From the NCBI RefSeq assembly GCF_035084215.1, contig NW_027139264.1, positions 310,001 to 374,000 on the forward strand: a stretch of DNA of 64,000 bases, written 5' to 3'. A program made the translations under genes and the position numbers. The notes beneath the pieces are model-generated. The model had not been told where the DNA came from and made no database searches. It saw nothing but the letters and a program-made list of their open reading frames with translations. This DNA is from Heptranchias perlo (taxonomy: Eukaryota). Shown piece by piece: positions 1 through 12,084 of the stretch. Within the stretch, counting starts at the first letter, position 1, and the number at the start of each line of letters is the position of its first letter.

Positions 1-578
1 AGTCTGCAGCATTGATTTGGACTCCTGATAGAGTCCCTCTATGCTGGCAGAGCAAGAACAAGAAACATACAGAAATCCACACGTTTTTATACAGATCAAT
101 AGGGGTTGGAACATACTTAATGAGGGTCAACACCAATCATTAGCCGGGCATAGGTTGCCATGCGAGGTTACATTATTTCCGGCCAATCATAGATAATCAT
201 GTGCTGACCATGTTGCTGTTAGACATCAAAGGGGATACTTCCTCACCTTCCAACTTGGAATGTTCTTCCCTGTTCCTTCTGTTCCTTATCTCCCAACCTG
301 GAATGTCTTTCAACTTTGGCTAAGCTCGTTACCGAGATTGATCTGCCATAAACATGGAGACATTCAGACCAGTCCTTGACTCACATCAAAGACCTATCAT
401 TGATAAGACAATGCAGGCCTGCTGACGAAGCAAACATATGGCCCAGCAGGAGGGCCAGGCCACCTGTATCAATCTCAGTTACTAACTAATTAACCCTTTC
501 TAACCATTTTGCATTCTGCTTCTTTGCCACGTAGGCATCTTAATATTTTACTGAAAACTGACCACGTAGGGATTCTCA
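1..578 (-). mobile_element. Possible LTR (U3 part) inserted into the Penelope element; runs off the window start
   Basis: The Penelope ORF is cut off after ...HEDG by sequence that starts TG (TGAGAATCC) on the minus strand. A minus-strand TATAAAAA lies at ~84-91 and a CCAAT at ~134. The other end and the TSD are outside the window. Confidence 0.35.
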
Positions 579-1282
579 AGGCCGTCCTCATGGGTGCGGA
601 ACTTGGCTATCAATTTCTGCTCGACGATTTTGCGTTGTCGTGTGTCTCGAAGGCCGCCTTGGAGAACGCTTACCCGAAGATCGGAGGCTGAATGTCCTTG
701 ACTGCTGAAGTGTTCCCCGACTGGGAGGGAACCCTCCTGTCTGGCGATTGTTGCGCGGTGCCCGTTCATCCGTTGTCGCAGTGTCTGCATGGTCTCGCCG
801 ATGTACCATGCTCTGGGGCATCCTTTCCTGCAACGTATGAGGTAGACAACGTTGGCCGAGTCACAGGAGTATGAACCATGTACCTGGTGGGTGGTGTCCT
901 CTCGTGTGATGGTGGTATCTGTGTTGATGATCTGGCATGTCTTGCAGAGGTTGCCGTGGCAGGGTTGTGTGGTGTCGTGGTCGCTGTTCTCCTGAAAGCT
1001 GGGTAATTTGCTGCGAACGATGGTCTGTTTGAGGTTAGGCGGCTGTTTGAAGGCGAGTAGTGGAGGCATGGGGATGGCCTTAGCGAGGTGTTCATCGTCA
1101 TCGATGACATGTTGAAGGCTGCGAAGAACATGGGGTAGTTTCTCCGCTCCGGGGAAGTACTGGACGACGAAGGGTACTCTGTTGGTTGTGTCCCATGTTT
1201 GTCTTCTGAGGAGGTCTATGCGATTTTTCGTTGTGGCCCGTTGGAACTGTTGATCGACGAGTCGAGCGTCATATCCCGTTCT
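579..1282 (-). mobile_element. Penelope-like retroelement fragment, GIY-YIG endonuclease C-terminus
   Basis: ORF 548..1069 contains PCHGNLCKTC, VVYLIRCRKGCPRAWYIGET..LRQRMNGH and EQKLIAKFRTHEDG, the typical Penelope GIY-YIG domain. The frame continues upstream to ~1280 and is truncated at both ends. Confidence 0.92.
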
Positions 1283-2903
1283 TATATATAGATTATATAT
1301 ACAGTGGCGTGGGTTTATATATAGAGTGGTGTGAGTGAATCTATAGAGTGGTGTGGGTTTATGTATGGAGTGGTGTGGGTTTATGTATGGAGTGGTGTGG
1401 GTTTATATATAGAGTGGTGTGGGTTTATGTATAGAGTGGTGTGGTTTTATATATAGAGTGGTGTGTGTTTATATATAGAGTGGTGTGGGTTTATATATAG
1501 AGTGGTGTGGGTTTATATATAGAGTGTTGTGTGTTTATCTATAAAGTGGTGTGTGTTTATATATCGATTGTTATGTGCTTATCTATAGAGTGGCATGTGT
1601 TTATATCTCGAGTGGTTTGTGTTTATCTATTGAGTGGTGCGTGTTCATATATAAAGTGTGTGTTTATATATGGAGTGGTGTGTGTTCATCTATAGATTGT
1701 TATGTGCGTATCAATAGCATGGTGTGGGTTTATGTATAGTTGTATGGGTTTTTTATTGAGTGGTGTGGGTTTATATATAGTGGTGTGTGTGTTTATATAC
1801 AGAGTGGTGTGGGTTTATATATAGAGTGGTGTGGGTGAATCTGTAGAGTGGTGTGGGTTTATGTATAGAGTGGTGTGGGTTTATATATAGAGTGGTGTGG
1901 GTTTATATATAGAGTGGTGTGGGTTTATATATAGAGTGGTGTGGGTTTATATATAGAGTGGTGTGGGTTTATATATAGAGTGGTGTGTGTTTATATATAG
2001 AGTGGTGTGGGTTTATATATAGAGTGGTGTGGGTTTATGTATAGAGTGGTGTGGGTTTATATATAGAGTGGTGTGGGTTTATATATAGAGTGGTGTGGGT
2101 TTATATATAGAGTGGTGTGGGTTTATATATAGAGTGGTGTGCGTTTATATATAGAATGGTGTGGGTTTATATATAGAGTGGTGTGGGTTTATATATAGAG
2201 TGGTGTGTGTTTATATATAGAGTGGTGTGGGTTTATATACAGAGTGGTGTGGGTTTATATATAGAGTGGTGTGTGTTTATATATAGAGTGGTGTGGGTTT
2301 ATATATGGAGTGGTGTGGGTTTATATATAGAGTGGTGTGGGTTTATATATAGAGTGGTGTGGGTTTATATATGGAGTGGTGTGGGTTTATATATGGAGTG
2401 GTGTGGGTTTATATATGGAGTGGTGTGGGTTTATATATGGAGTGGTGTGGGTTTATGTATAGAGTGGTGTGGGTTTATATATAGAGTGGTGTGGGTTTAT
2501 ATATAGAGTGGTGTGGGTTTATATATAGAGTGGTGTGGGTTTATATATAGAGTGTTGTGGTTTTATATATAGAGTGGTGTGGGTTTATATATGGAGTGGT
2601 GTGGGTTTATATATAGAGTGGTGTGGGTTTATATATAGAGTGGTGCGGGTTTATATATAGAGTGGTGTGGGTTTATATATAGAGTGGTGTGGGTTTATGT
2701 ATAGAGTGGTGTGGGTTTATATATAGAGTGGTGTGGGTTTATATATAGAGTGGTGTGGGTTTATATATAGAGTGGTGTGGGTTTATATATAGAGTGGTGT
2801 GTGTTTATATATAGAGTGGTGTGTGTTTATATATAGAGTGGTGTGGGTTTATATATAGAGTGGTGTGGGTTTATATATAGAGTGGTGTGGGTTGATATAT
2901 AGA
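1283..2903. repeat. 22-bp minisatellite (AGAGTGGTGTGGGTTTATATAT)n, ~70 copies
   Basis: Period is directly visible (unit starts at 1867, 1889, 1911). Units are more degenerate at 1520-1790. Confidence 0.97.
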
Positions 2904-2904
2904 T

Positions 2905-5303
2905 TGTTGTGGCTGAGTCCTGAAGGACATTGCTGCCAGACTGGGCCTGCGGCAGGTGGTGAGCGAACCAACACGAGGGAAAAACTTACTTGACCTCGTC
3001 CTCACCAATCTACCTGTTGCAAATGCATATGTCCATGACAGTATTAGTAGGAGTGACCACCGCACAGTCCTCATGGAGATGAAGTCCCGTCTTCACACTG
3101 AGGACACCATCCAACGTGTTGTGTGGCACTATCACCGTGCTAAATGGGATAGATTCAGAACAGATCTGGCAGTTCAGAACTGGGCATCCATGAGGCGCTG
3201 TGGGCCATCAGCAGCAGCAGAATTGTATTCCAGCACAATCTGTAACCTCATGGCCCGGCATATTCCTCACTCTATCATTACCAACAAGCCAGGGATTCAA
3301 CCCTGGTTCAACGAGGAGTGTAGAAGAGCATGCCAGGAGCAGCACCAGGTGTACCTAAAAATGAGGTGCCAACCTGGTGAAGCTACAACTCAGGACTACA
3401 TGCATGCTAAACAGCGGAAGCAACATGCTATAGACAGAGCTAAGCGATTCCACAACCAACGGATCAGAACAAAGCTCTTCAGTCCTGCCACATCCAGTCG
3501 TGAATGGTGGTGGACAATTAAACAACTAACGGGAGGATGAGACTCTGTAAACATCCCCATCCTCAATGATGACGGAGTCCAGCACGTGAGTGCAAAAGAC
3601 AAGGCTGAAGCGTTTGCAACCATCTTCAGCCAGAAGTGTCGAGTGGATGATCCATCTCGGCCTCCTCCCGATATCCCCACCATGACAGAAGCCAATCTTC
3701 AGCCAGTTCGATTCACTCCACGTGATATCAAGAAACGGCTGAGTGCACTGCATACAGCAAAGGCTATGGGCCCCGACAACATCCCAGCTGTAGTGCTGAA
3801 GACTTGTGCTCCAGAACTAGCTGCGCCTCTAGCCAAACTGTTCCAGTACAGCTACAACACTGGCATCTACCCGACAATGTGGAAAATTGCCCAGGTCTGT
3901 GCTGTCCACAAAATCCAATCCGGCCAATTACCGCCCCATCAGTCTACTCTCAATAATCAGCAAAGTGATGTAAGTCGTCGACAGTGTGATCAAGCAGCAC
4001 TTACTCACCAATAACCTGCTCACCGATGCTCAGTTTGGGTTCCGCCAGGACCACTCAGCTCCAGACCTCATTACAGCCTTGGTCCAAACATGGACAAAAG
4101 AGCTGAATTCCAGAGGTGAGGTGAGAGTGACTGCCCTTAACATCAAGGCAGCATTTGACCGAGTGTGACACCAAGGAGCCCTGGTAAAATTGAAGTCAGT
4201 GGGAATCAGGGGGAAAACTCTCCAGTGGCTGGAGTCATACCTAGCACAAAGGAAGATGGTAGTGGTTGTTGGAGGCCAATCATCTCAGCCCCAGGGCATT
4301 GCTGCAGGAGTTCCTCAGGGCAGTGTCCTAGGCCCAACCATCTTCAGCTGCTTCATCAATGACCTTCCCTCCAAGATAAGGTCAGAAATGGGGATGTTCG
4401 CTGATGATTGCACAGTGTTCAGTTCCATTCGCAACCCCTCAAATAATGAAGCAGTCTGAGCCCGCATGCAGCAAGACCTGGACAACATCCAGGCTTGGGC
4501 TGATAAGTGGCAAGTAACATTCGCACCAGACAAGTGCCAGGCAATGACCATCTCCAACAAGAGAGAGTCTAACCACCACCCCTTGACATTCAACGGCATT
4601 ACCATCGCCGAATCCCCCACCATCAACATCCTGGGGGTCACAATTGACCAGAAACTTAACTGGACCAGCCATATAAATACTGTGGCTACAAGAGCAGGTC
4701 AGAGGCTGGGTAGTCTGCGGCGAGTGACTCACCTCCTGACTCCCCAAAGCCTTTCCACCATCTACAAGGCACAAGTCAGGAGTGTGATGGAATACTCTAC
4801 ACTTGCTTGGATGAGTGCAGCTCCAACAACACTCAAGAAGCTCGACACCATCCAAGATAAAGCAGCCCGCTTGATTGGCACCCCATCCACCACCCTAAAC
4901 ATTCACTCCCTTCACCACTGGCGCACAGTGCCTGCCGTGTGTACCATCCACAGGATGCACTGCAGCAACTCACCAAGGCTTCTTCGACAGCACCTCCCAA
5001 ACCCGCGACCTCTACCACCTCGAAGGACAAGAGCAGCAGGCACATGGGAACAACACCACCTGCACGTCCCCCTCCAAGTCACACACCATCCCGACTTGGA
5101 AATATATCGCCGTTCCTTCATCGTCGCTGGGTCAAAATTCTGGAACTTCCTTCCTAACAGCACTGTGGGAGAACCATCACCACACGGACTGCAGCGGTTC
5201 AAAAAGGCGGCTCACCACCACCTTCTCAAGGGCAATTAGGGATGGGCAATAAATGCCGGCCTCGCCAGAGACGCCCACATCCCATGAACGAATAAAAAAA
5301 AAA
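2905..5303 (+). mobile_element. 5'-truncated non-LTR retrotransposon (CR1/L2-group), degenerate EN-RT ORF2 with A-rich tail
   Basis: PTRGKNLLDLVLTN...SDH (endonuclease end), KAMGPDNIP, QFGFR, GVPQGSVLGP and FADD are spread over frameshifted ORFs. Ends in AATAAAAAAAAAA at ~5291-5303. Confidence 0.93.
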
Positions 5304-5332
5304 GATAAAAAGGCACTGAGGATGGTTAAAAC

Positions 5333-8300
5333 AACAACAACTTGCATTTATATAGCGCCTTTAATGTAGTAAAATGTTGCCAAGAAGAGTACTAAGCCTG
5401 AGGATTGGGAGAGTTTTAGAAACCAGCAAAGGATGACCAAAAAATTGATAAGAAGGGAGAAAATAGAATATGAAAGTAAACTATCAAGAAATATAAAAAC
5501 GGATTGTAGGAGCTTCTACAAGTGTGTAAAAGGGAAGAGAGTAACAAAAGTAAACGTTGGACCCTTTGAGGCTGAGACTGGAGAAATTATAACGGGGAAT
5601 CAGGAAATGGCAGAGACGTTAAACAAATATTTTGTATGTCTTCACAGTAGAAGCATGTCAGAAATAATGGGGAATCAAGGGGCTAATGAGAGTGAGGAAC
5701 TTAAAGTAATTAATATCAGTAGAGAAAAACTACTGGAGAAACTAATGGGACTAAAAGCCAATAAATCCCCTGGACCTGATGGCCTACATCCAAGTGTTCT
5801 AAAGAGGTGGCTGTGGAGATAGTGGGTGCATTGGTTATGATCTTCCAAAATTCCTGAGATTCTAGAACGGTCCCAGTGGACTGGAAGGTGGCAAATGTAA
5901 CCCCGCTATTCAAGAAAGGAGGGAGAGAGAAAACAGGGAACCACAGACCAGTTAGCCTGACATCAGTCGTCGGAAAAATGCTGGAATCCATTATTAAGGA
6001 AGCGGTAACAGGGCACTTAGAAAATCATAATATGATTAGGCAGAGTCAACATGATTTTATGAAAGGGAAATCATGTTTGACAAATGTATTGGAGTTTTTT
6101 GAGGATGTAACTAGCAGGGTAGACAAAGGGGAACCAGTAGATGTAGTATATTTGGATTTTCAAAAGGCATTTGATAAGGTGCCACATAAAAGGTTGTTAC
6201 ACAAGATATGGGCTCATGGGGTTGGGGGTAAAATATTAGCATGGATAGAGGATTGGTTAATGGACAGAAAACAGAGATTAGGGATAAACGGGTCATTCTC
6301 AGGTTGGCAGGCTGTAACTAGTGGGGTGCTGCAAGGATCAGTGCTTGGGCCTCAGCTATTTACAATCTATATTAATGACTTAGATGAAGGGACCAAGTGT
6401 AGTATATTGAAGTTTGCTGATGACAAAAAGCTAGGTGGGAAAGTAAGCAGTGAGGAGGACACAAAGAGTGTGCAAAGGGATATGGAGAGTTAAGTGAGTG
6501 GGCAAGAAGATGGAGTATAATGTGGGGAAATATGAGGTTATTCACTTTGGTAGGAAGAATAGAAAAACAGAATATTTTTTAAATGGTGAGAAACTATTAA
6601 ATGTTGGTGTTCAGAGAGATTTGGGTGTCCTCATACAAGTGACACATAAAGTTAGCATGCAGGTACAGCAAGCAATTAGGAAGGCAAATGGCATGTTGGC
6701 CTTTATTGCAAGGGGATTGGATTACAAGAATAAGGAAGTCTTGCTACAGTTGTACAGGGCTTTGGTGAGACCTCACCTGGAGTATTGTGTACAGTTTTTG
6801 TCTCTTGATCTTAGGAAGGATGTTCTTGCCTTGGAGGCAGTGCAGTGAAAGTTCACTAGATTGATTCCTGGGATGAGAGGGTTGTCCTATGAGGAGAGAT
6901 TGAGTAGAATGGGCCTATACTCTGTGGAGTTTAGAAGAATGAGAGGTGATCTCATTGAAACATAAAAGATTCTGAGGGGGCTCGACAGAGTAGATGCTGA
7001 GAGGTTGTTTCCCCTGGCTGGAGAGTCTAGAACTAAGGGGCACAGTCTCAGGATAAGAGGTCGGCCATTTAAGACTGAGATGAGGAGGAATTTCTTCACT
7101 CAGAGGGTTGTGAATCTTTGGAATTCTCTACCCCAGAGGGCTGTGGATGCTGAGTCATTGAGTATATTCAAGGCTGAGATCGATAGATTTTTGAACTCTA
7201 GGGGAATCAAGGGATATGGGGATCGAGCGGGAAAGTGGATTTGAGGTTGAAGATCAGCCATGATCTTATTGAATGGTGGAGCAGGTTCGAGGGGCCGTAT
7301 GGCCTACTCCTGCTCCTATTATTCTTAAAACGTCCCATGGCGTTTCACAGCAGCATTATCAAACAAAATTTGACACCGAGCCACATGAGATATTAGGACA
7401 GGTGACCAAAAGCTTGGTCAAAGAGGTAGGTTTTAAGGAGCATCTTAAAGGAGGAGAGAGAGGTAGAGAGGCGGAGAGGTCGTGGAAGGAATTCCAGAGC
7501 TTAGGGCCGAGGTAGCTGAAGGCATGGCTGCCAATGGTGGAGCGATTAAAATCGGGGATGCACAAGAGGCAAGAATTGGGAGAGCGCAGAGTTCTTGGAT
7601 GGCTGTAGGGCTGGAGGAGGTTACAGAGGGAGGGAGGGGTGAGGCCATGGAAGGATTTGAAAACAAAGATGAGAATTTTAAAATCGAGACTTTGCCAGAC
7701 CAGGAACCAATGTAGATCAGTGAGCACAGGGGAGTTGGGTGAACGGGATTTGGTGTGAGTTAGGATACGGGCAGCAGAGTTTTGGATGAGCTCAAGTTTG
7801 TAGAGGGTGGAAGATGGGAGGCTGGCCAAGAGAGCATTGGAATGGTCAAGTCTCGAGGTAATAAACATAGATGAGGGTTTCAGCAGCAGATGGGCTGAGG
7901 TAGGGGCGGGGACGGGCGGTGTTACGAAGGTGGAATTAGGTGGCCTTGATGATGAAGCAGATATGGGGTCAGAAGCTCCTCTCAGGGTCAAATAGGACGC
8001 CAAGGTTGTGAACGGTCTGGTTCAGCCTCAGACAGTGGCCAGTGAGAGGGATGGAGTCGGGGGTCTCGGGAACGGAGTTTGTGGTGGGGACCGAAGACAA
8101 TGGCTTCAGTCTTCCCAATGTTTAATTGAAGGAAATTTCTGCTCATCCAATACTGGATGTTGGACAAGCAGTGTGCCAAATCGGAAACAGTGGAGGGGTC
8201 GAGAGAGGTGGTGGTGAGGTAGAGCTGAGTGTCGTCAGTGTACTTGTGGAACCTCACGTTTTTTGGATGATGTTGTCGAGGGGCAGCGTGTAGATAGGAG

Positions 8301-8811
8301 GGGACCAAGGATAGATCCTTGGGGAACTCCAGAGATAACGATGCAGGAGCAGGAAGTGAACCCACTGCAGGTGATTCTCTGGCTACGACTGGATGGACAA
8401 GAATGGAACCAGGCGAGGGCAGTCCCACCCAGCTGGATGACGGAGGAGAGGCATTGGAGGAGGACGGTGTGGTCAACCGTGTCAGAGGCTGCAGACAGGT
8501 GGAGAAGGATGAGGAGGGATAGTTTACCACGGACACAGTCACAGAGGATGTCATTTGTGACTTTGATAAGGGCCGTTTCAGTGCTGTGACAGGAGTGGAA
8601 ACCTGATTGGAGGGATTCAAACATGGAGTTGCGGGAAAGATGGGCACGGATTTGGGAGACGACAACACGTTCAAGGACTTTGGAGAGGAAAGGGAGGTTG
8701 GAGACGGGGCGGGAGTTTGCAAGGACAGAGGGGTCAAGGGTGGGTTTTTTGAGGAGGGGGTGATGACGGCAGATTTGAAGGGGAGGGGGACAGTACCTGA
8801 GAAAAGAGAAC
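5333..8811 (-). mobile_element. L2-type LINE (3' tail 5333-5380, body 7327-8811) interrupted by a nested CR1
   Basis: Minus-strand RT motifs: RPVSNLPFLSKVLERVV, QSGFHSCHSTETAL, SGVPQGSILGPLL, YTDDTQLY, SRLDHSNALL. The (TTG)n tail at 5330-5345 continues at 7327. A 31-bp direct repeat flanks the whole block. Confidence 0.88.
5385..7326 (+). mobile_element. 5'-truncated CR1 LINE nested in the L2
   Basis: KSPGPDGLHP, WKVANVTPLFKKG, YLDFQKAFDKVPH, FADD, RPHLEYCVQF and RNFFTQRVVNLWNSLP, with stops and frameshifts. CR1 3' UTR ends ...CCTACTCCTGCTCCTATT. TAAAAYGT is present on both flanks. Confidence 0.93.
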
Positions 8812-9479
8812 AAGATAAAAAGACATTGAGGATGGTTAAAACCAAGATCAGGAAGAAAATTAGTCGTAAACAAGTGGGTTATAAAAGTTGGAAGAGAGTT
8901 GACATTTCTATCTCGGACAAGAGGAGCAGCAGACCAGGACGGTCAGGGTAGAAGAGGCAACAGACCTTTCAGATGATGTGACCCAGGTTCTCTCGGAGGA
9001 AAGTGAGAAGGCGGCTGGATATAATGTGTTAAGTTGAGTCATTATGTTTACATTTAGAAATAAAAGAAGTTCGAGTCTTTGTCCTCCTCGCTTCCTGAGT
9101 CACATTGAGAATAAAAATAGAAGCTGAGACAAGTTGTACAACTGGTTGTGTGAATCAGACTGTGCAGAGAGTCTGTCAAGGCAGGTTTGGTCAATTAATG
9201 TGGGAAAAAATAGTCAACAAATTTAACAATTGGCATTCCAGGTGGGAGAAAAGGTACAGAGGGTTCTTGGGTCATGTAAGAATAACACGGTATGATCAAA
9301 TGTAGAAACAATACATCAATACAGAAAAGGAATTAATTCAAATATATCTGCTTCCTGAGTCAATCATAATTAGAAACACTGAGACAAGCTGACAGGTAAA
9401 TCTGCAACCTGGGATATCGAAACACAAAAGTCGAGATGGAAACAGAGCAAACTAATCTTTCCCGCACTCTCCCTGACTG

Positions 9480-10275
9480 TCTCCCCACAGCCCTCTGTCA
9501 ATCACAAACTGATCCCACTGTCCCGCCCTCTCCAAAGCCCTGTTTCAATCCCAAAATAACTACAATGCCCTGCGCTCTCCCCATAGTCCTGTATCAATCC
9601 AAAACTAATCCCACTGTCCCACTCTCTCCCCATAGCTCTGTATCAATCCAAAACTAATCCCACTGCCCCACTCTCTCCCCATAGTCCTGTATCAATCCCA
9701 AACTAATCCCACTGTCCCACTCTCTCCCCATAGCCCTGTATCAATCCAAAACTAATCTCACTGCCCCGCCCTCTCCCCATAGCCCTGTATCAATCCCAAA
9801 CTAATCCCACTGCCCCGCCCTCTCCCCATAGCCCTGTATCAATCCCAAACTAATCCCACTGCCCCACTCTCCCCCCATCGTCCTGTATCAATCCAAAACT
9901 AATCTCACTGCCCCGCCCTCTCCCCATAGCCCTGTATCAATCCAAAACTAATCTCACTGCCTCACTCTCTCCCCATCGCCCTGTATCAATCCAAAACTAA
10001 TCTCACTGCCTCACTCTCTCCCCATCGCCCTGTATCAATCCCAAACTAATCCCACTGCCCCACTCTCCCTCCATAGCCCTGTATCAATCCCAAACTAATC
10101 TCACTGCCCCACTCTCTCCCCATAGCCCTGTATCAATCCCAAACTAATCCCACTGTCCCCACTCTCTCCCCACAGCCCTGTATCAATCCAAAACTAATCT
10201 CTCTGTCCCACTCTCTCCCCATAGCCCCGTGTCAATCCTAAACCAATCCCTTGGCCCTGCTCTCTCCCCAGGACC
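9480..10275. repeat. ~49-bp minisatellite (GCCCTGTATCAATCCCAAACTAATCCCACTGCCCCACTCTCTCCCCATA)n
   Basis: About 15 tandem copies. Same unit as 63400-64000, and similar to a CR1 3' segment (compare 10800-10850). Confidence 0.95.
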
Positions 10276-10399
10276 CTGTAGCTGGTACTTGGGGTGGGGA
10301 TCCACTGTCAGTTCATGGCCGGTGGGGTGGTCCGCACCCCTGGGGTCTCCCTGTCTTTTGTCCGCCACATTCCCGGGGCCATGTCAACCCTCTCCACTT

Positions 10400-10724
10400 T
10401 GACCGATTTTCACTGCTCCCTTCCCCCTCTGTTATTCTGCTGTCACCATTTCCACCTCCTCTGCCCACATTTGTCCAATTATCACCTCCTTTTGCCATTT
10501 AACCACTCCTGCTCCCCGCCCTACCACAGACCTTCCCTTTTGTTCTTTCCCTTTTGCCTGATTGCACTTGTTTAAAAGCTGTTCACCTCTCCTCTCGACA
10601 GTCTCTGTCCACAGTCTGAGTCACAGAACCAGTTGCACAACTCAGTTCTGATGAAAGGTCATCGACCTGAAACGTTAACTCTGTTTCTTTCTCCACAGAT
10701 GCTGCCTGACCTACTGAGTATTTC
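10400..10724 (+). mobile_element. Penelope-like element 3' UTR / pseudo-LTR remnant
   Basis: A pyrimidine-rich stretch is followed by TTCTGATGAAAGGTCATCGACCTGAAACGTTAACTCTGTTTCTTTCTCCACAGATGCTGCCTGACC, a terminal motif typical of vertebrate Penelope elements. Confidence 0.7.
10644..10680 (+). ncRNA. Minimal type I hammerhead ribozyme motif (Penelope-type)
   Basis: Stem I AGUU (10644-47) pairs with AACU (10677-80). Core CUGAUGA at 10648-54 is followed by an extra A. Stem II is AGGUC/AUC/GACCU, then GAAA at 10669-72 and the palindromic stem III AACGUU. Predicted cleavage after GUU at 10676. Confidence 0.75.
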
Positions 10725-10744
10725 ATAGTGGTATCTCAGTATAG

Positions 10745-11155
10745 TTCAGCACAGAAGGAAGTCATTCGGCCCATCGTGCCTGTGCTAGCTCTTTGAAAGA
10801 GCGATCCAATTAGTCCCACTCCCCTGTGTTTTCCCTATAACCCTGTAAATCTTTCCCCTTCAAGTATTTATCCAATTCCCATTTGAAAGTTACTATTGAA
10901 TCTGCTTCCACCGCCCTTTCAGGCAGTGCATTCCAGATCAGAACAATTCACTGTATAAAAAAATGTTTCCTCATCTCCCCTCTGATTCTTTTGCCATTAA
11001 CCTTAAAACTGTGTCATCTGGTTACTGACCCCTCTACCACTGCAAACAGTTTCTGCTTATTTACTCTGTCAAAACAATTCATGATTTTGAACACCTCGAT
11101 CAAATCTCTCCATAACCTCCTTTGCTCAAAGGAGAACAACCCCAGTTTCTCCAGT
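10745..11155 (-). mobile_element. CR1 LINE 3' fragment
   Basis: Reverse complement of the conserved CR1 3' end (GLFSFEQRRL..DLIEVFKIM...HFFIQ) plus the 3' UTR. Confidence 0.85.
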
Positions 11156-11201
11156 CGCTCGAGCATTATCTGTTTTTATGTCTGATTTCCCCCAACCGCA
11201 G

Positions 11202-11466
11202 TGTTTTGCTTTCGAGCTGGCCACAGAACTCGGCGGGGAAAGTACGGAGAGACGCAGAAATGGTTTCTTTTCTGAATGACTTGGAAACAGAGGCCGGAGA
11301 GGGTGTGAACGAAGATGGGCCTGAGCTGGTAATTCCCAAAGTTAGAGAGCAACTGTGCGTTCTGCCTCGATACATCGAGGCAATAGGTCACGAAAGGTTT
11401 GTTGAATTCTACGCGCAGGGAGGGAGAGGGCGAAGGTTTGATGATTTCCAATCTCCGCCAAACTAG
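11202..11466 (+). CDS. Putative terminal coding exon of an unidentified gene (pro-peptide-like)
   Basis: Unique sequence preceded by branch-like CTGAT (~11182) and acceptor tttcccccaaccgcAG (11200-11201). Open frame VLLSSWPQNSAGKVRRDAEM...GRGRRFDDFQSPPN* of 87 aa. AATAAA at 11578-83 followed by a GT-rich stretch. No homolog recognised. Confidence 0.45.
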
Positions 11467-12084
11467 AACTGACTTCGCAACATGAAAAAAACTCCCGAGA
11501 CGGGAGCATTTTCCATCACTTTTTAAGATGCTCTCCTGCCTTCAGCCTTCAGCAAGATGTTGGAAGAAATCCAGACAAATAAAAATTGTTGTGCACCAGA
11601 CCAGCCTTCATTTTTGTTGCTTCCCGCTTTATAAAAATTTCCGTTTCATCGCAATTTGCGATGTTGTCCCAAACGATTGCAACTAAGCAGGTTCCACTGT
11701 ATCATTCTGGGGAATCTGCACTGCACCCCCTCCAAGGCCAATATATCCTTCCTGAGCTGCAGTGTCCACAACACAAGATAGTACTCCAGATGGGGACTAA
11801 CCAGAGCTCTGGACAACAATATTGCACATTAGCCTGAGAGGGGGAGGTGTGCGAGGGGTTAAATCATCCAAAACACTCATTTTACAGATATTTGATACAT
11901 ATTTATTATGCTGGTAAGCAATGGTTAATTCAAGTAACCCGCTCTAATCCACCGGACTTTGAAACTGTTTGTAGGCAGTATTGAGCATCCCATAATTAAA
12001 CAGCTTGAAGCAAGGTTACAGTTAGTGAGCTCGAGGCCAAACACAGTCTTAATGAGACCTTCCACTCTCCGGGATTCTTACCCC

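Noticed and set aside
422-445. CTGACGA here, and CTGATGA at ~59525, as further hammerhead cores
   Set aside because: No stem II followed by GAAA downstream.
11330-11420. Resemblance of PKVREQLCVLPRYIEAIGHERFVEFY to osteocalcin/MGP C-termini
   Set aside because: Only one Cys and no ExxxExC Gla motif; the similarity is too weak to name.
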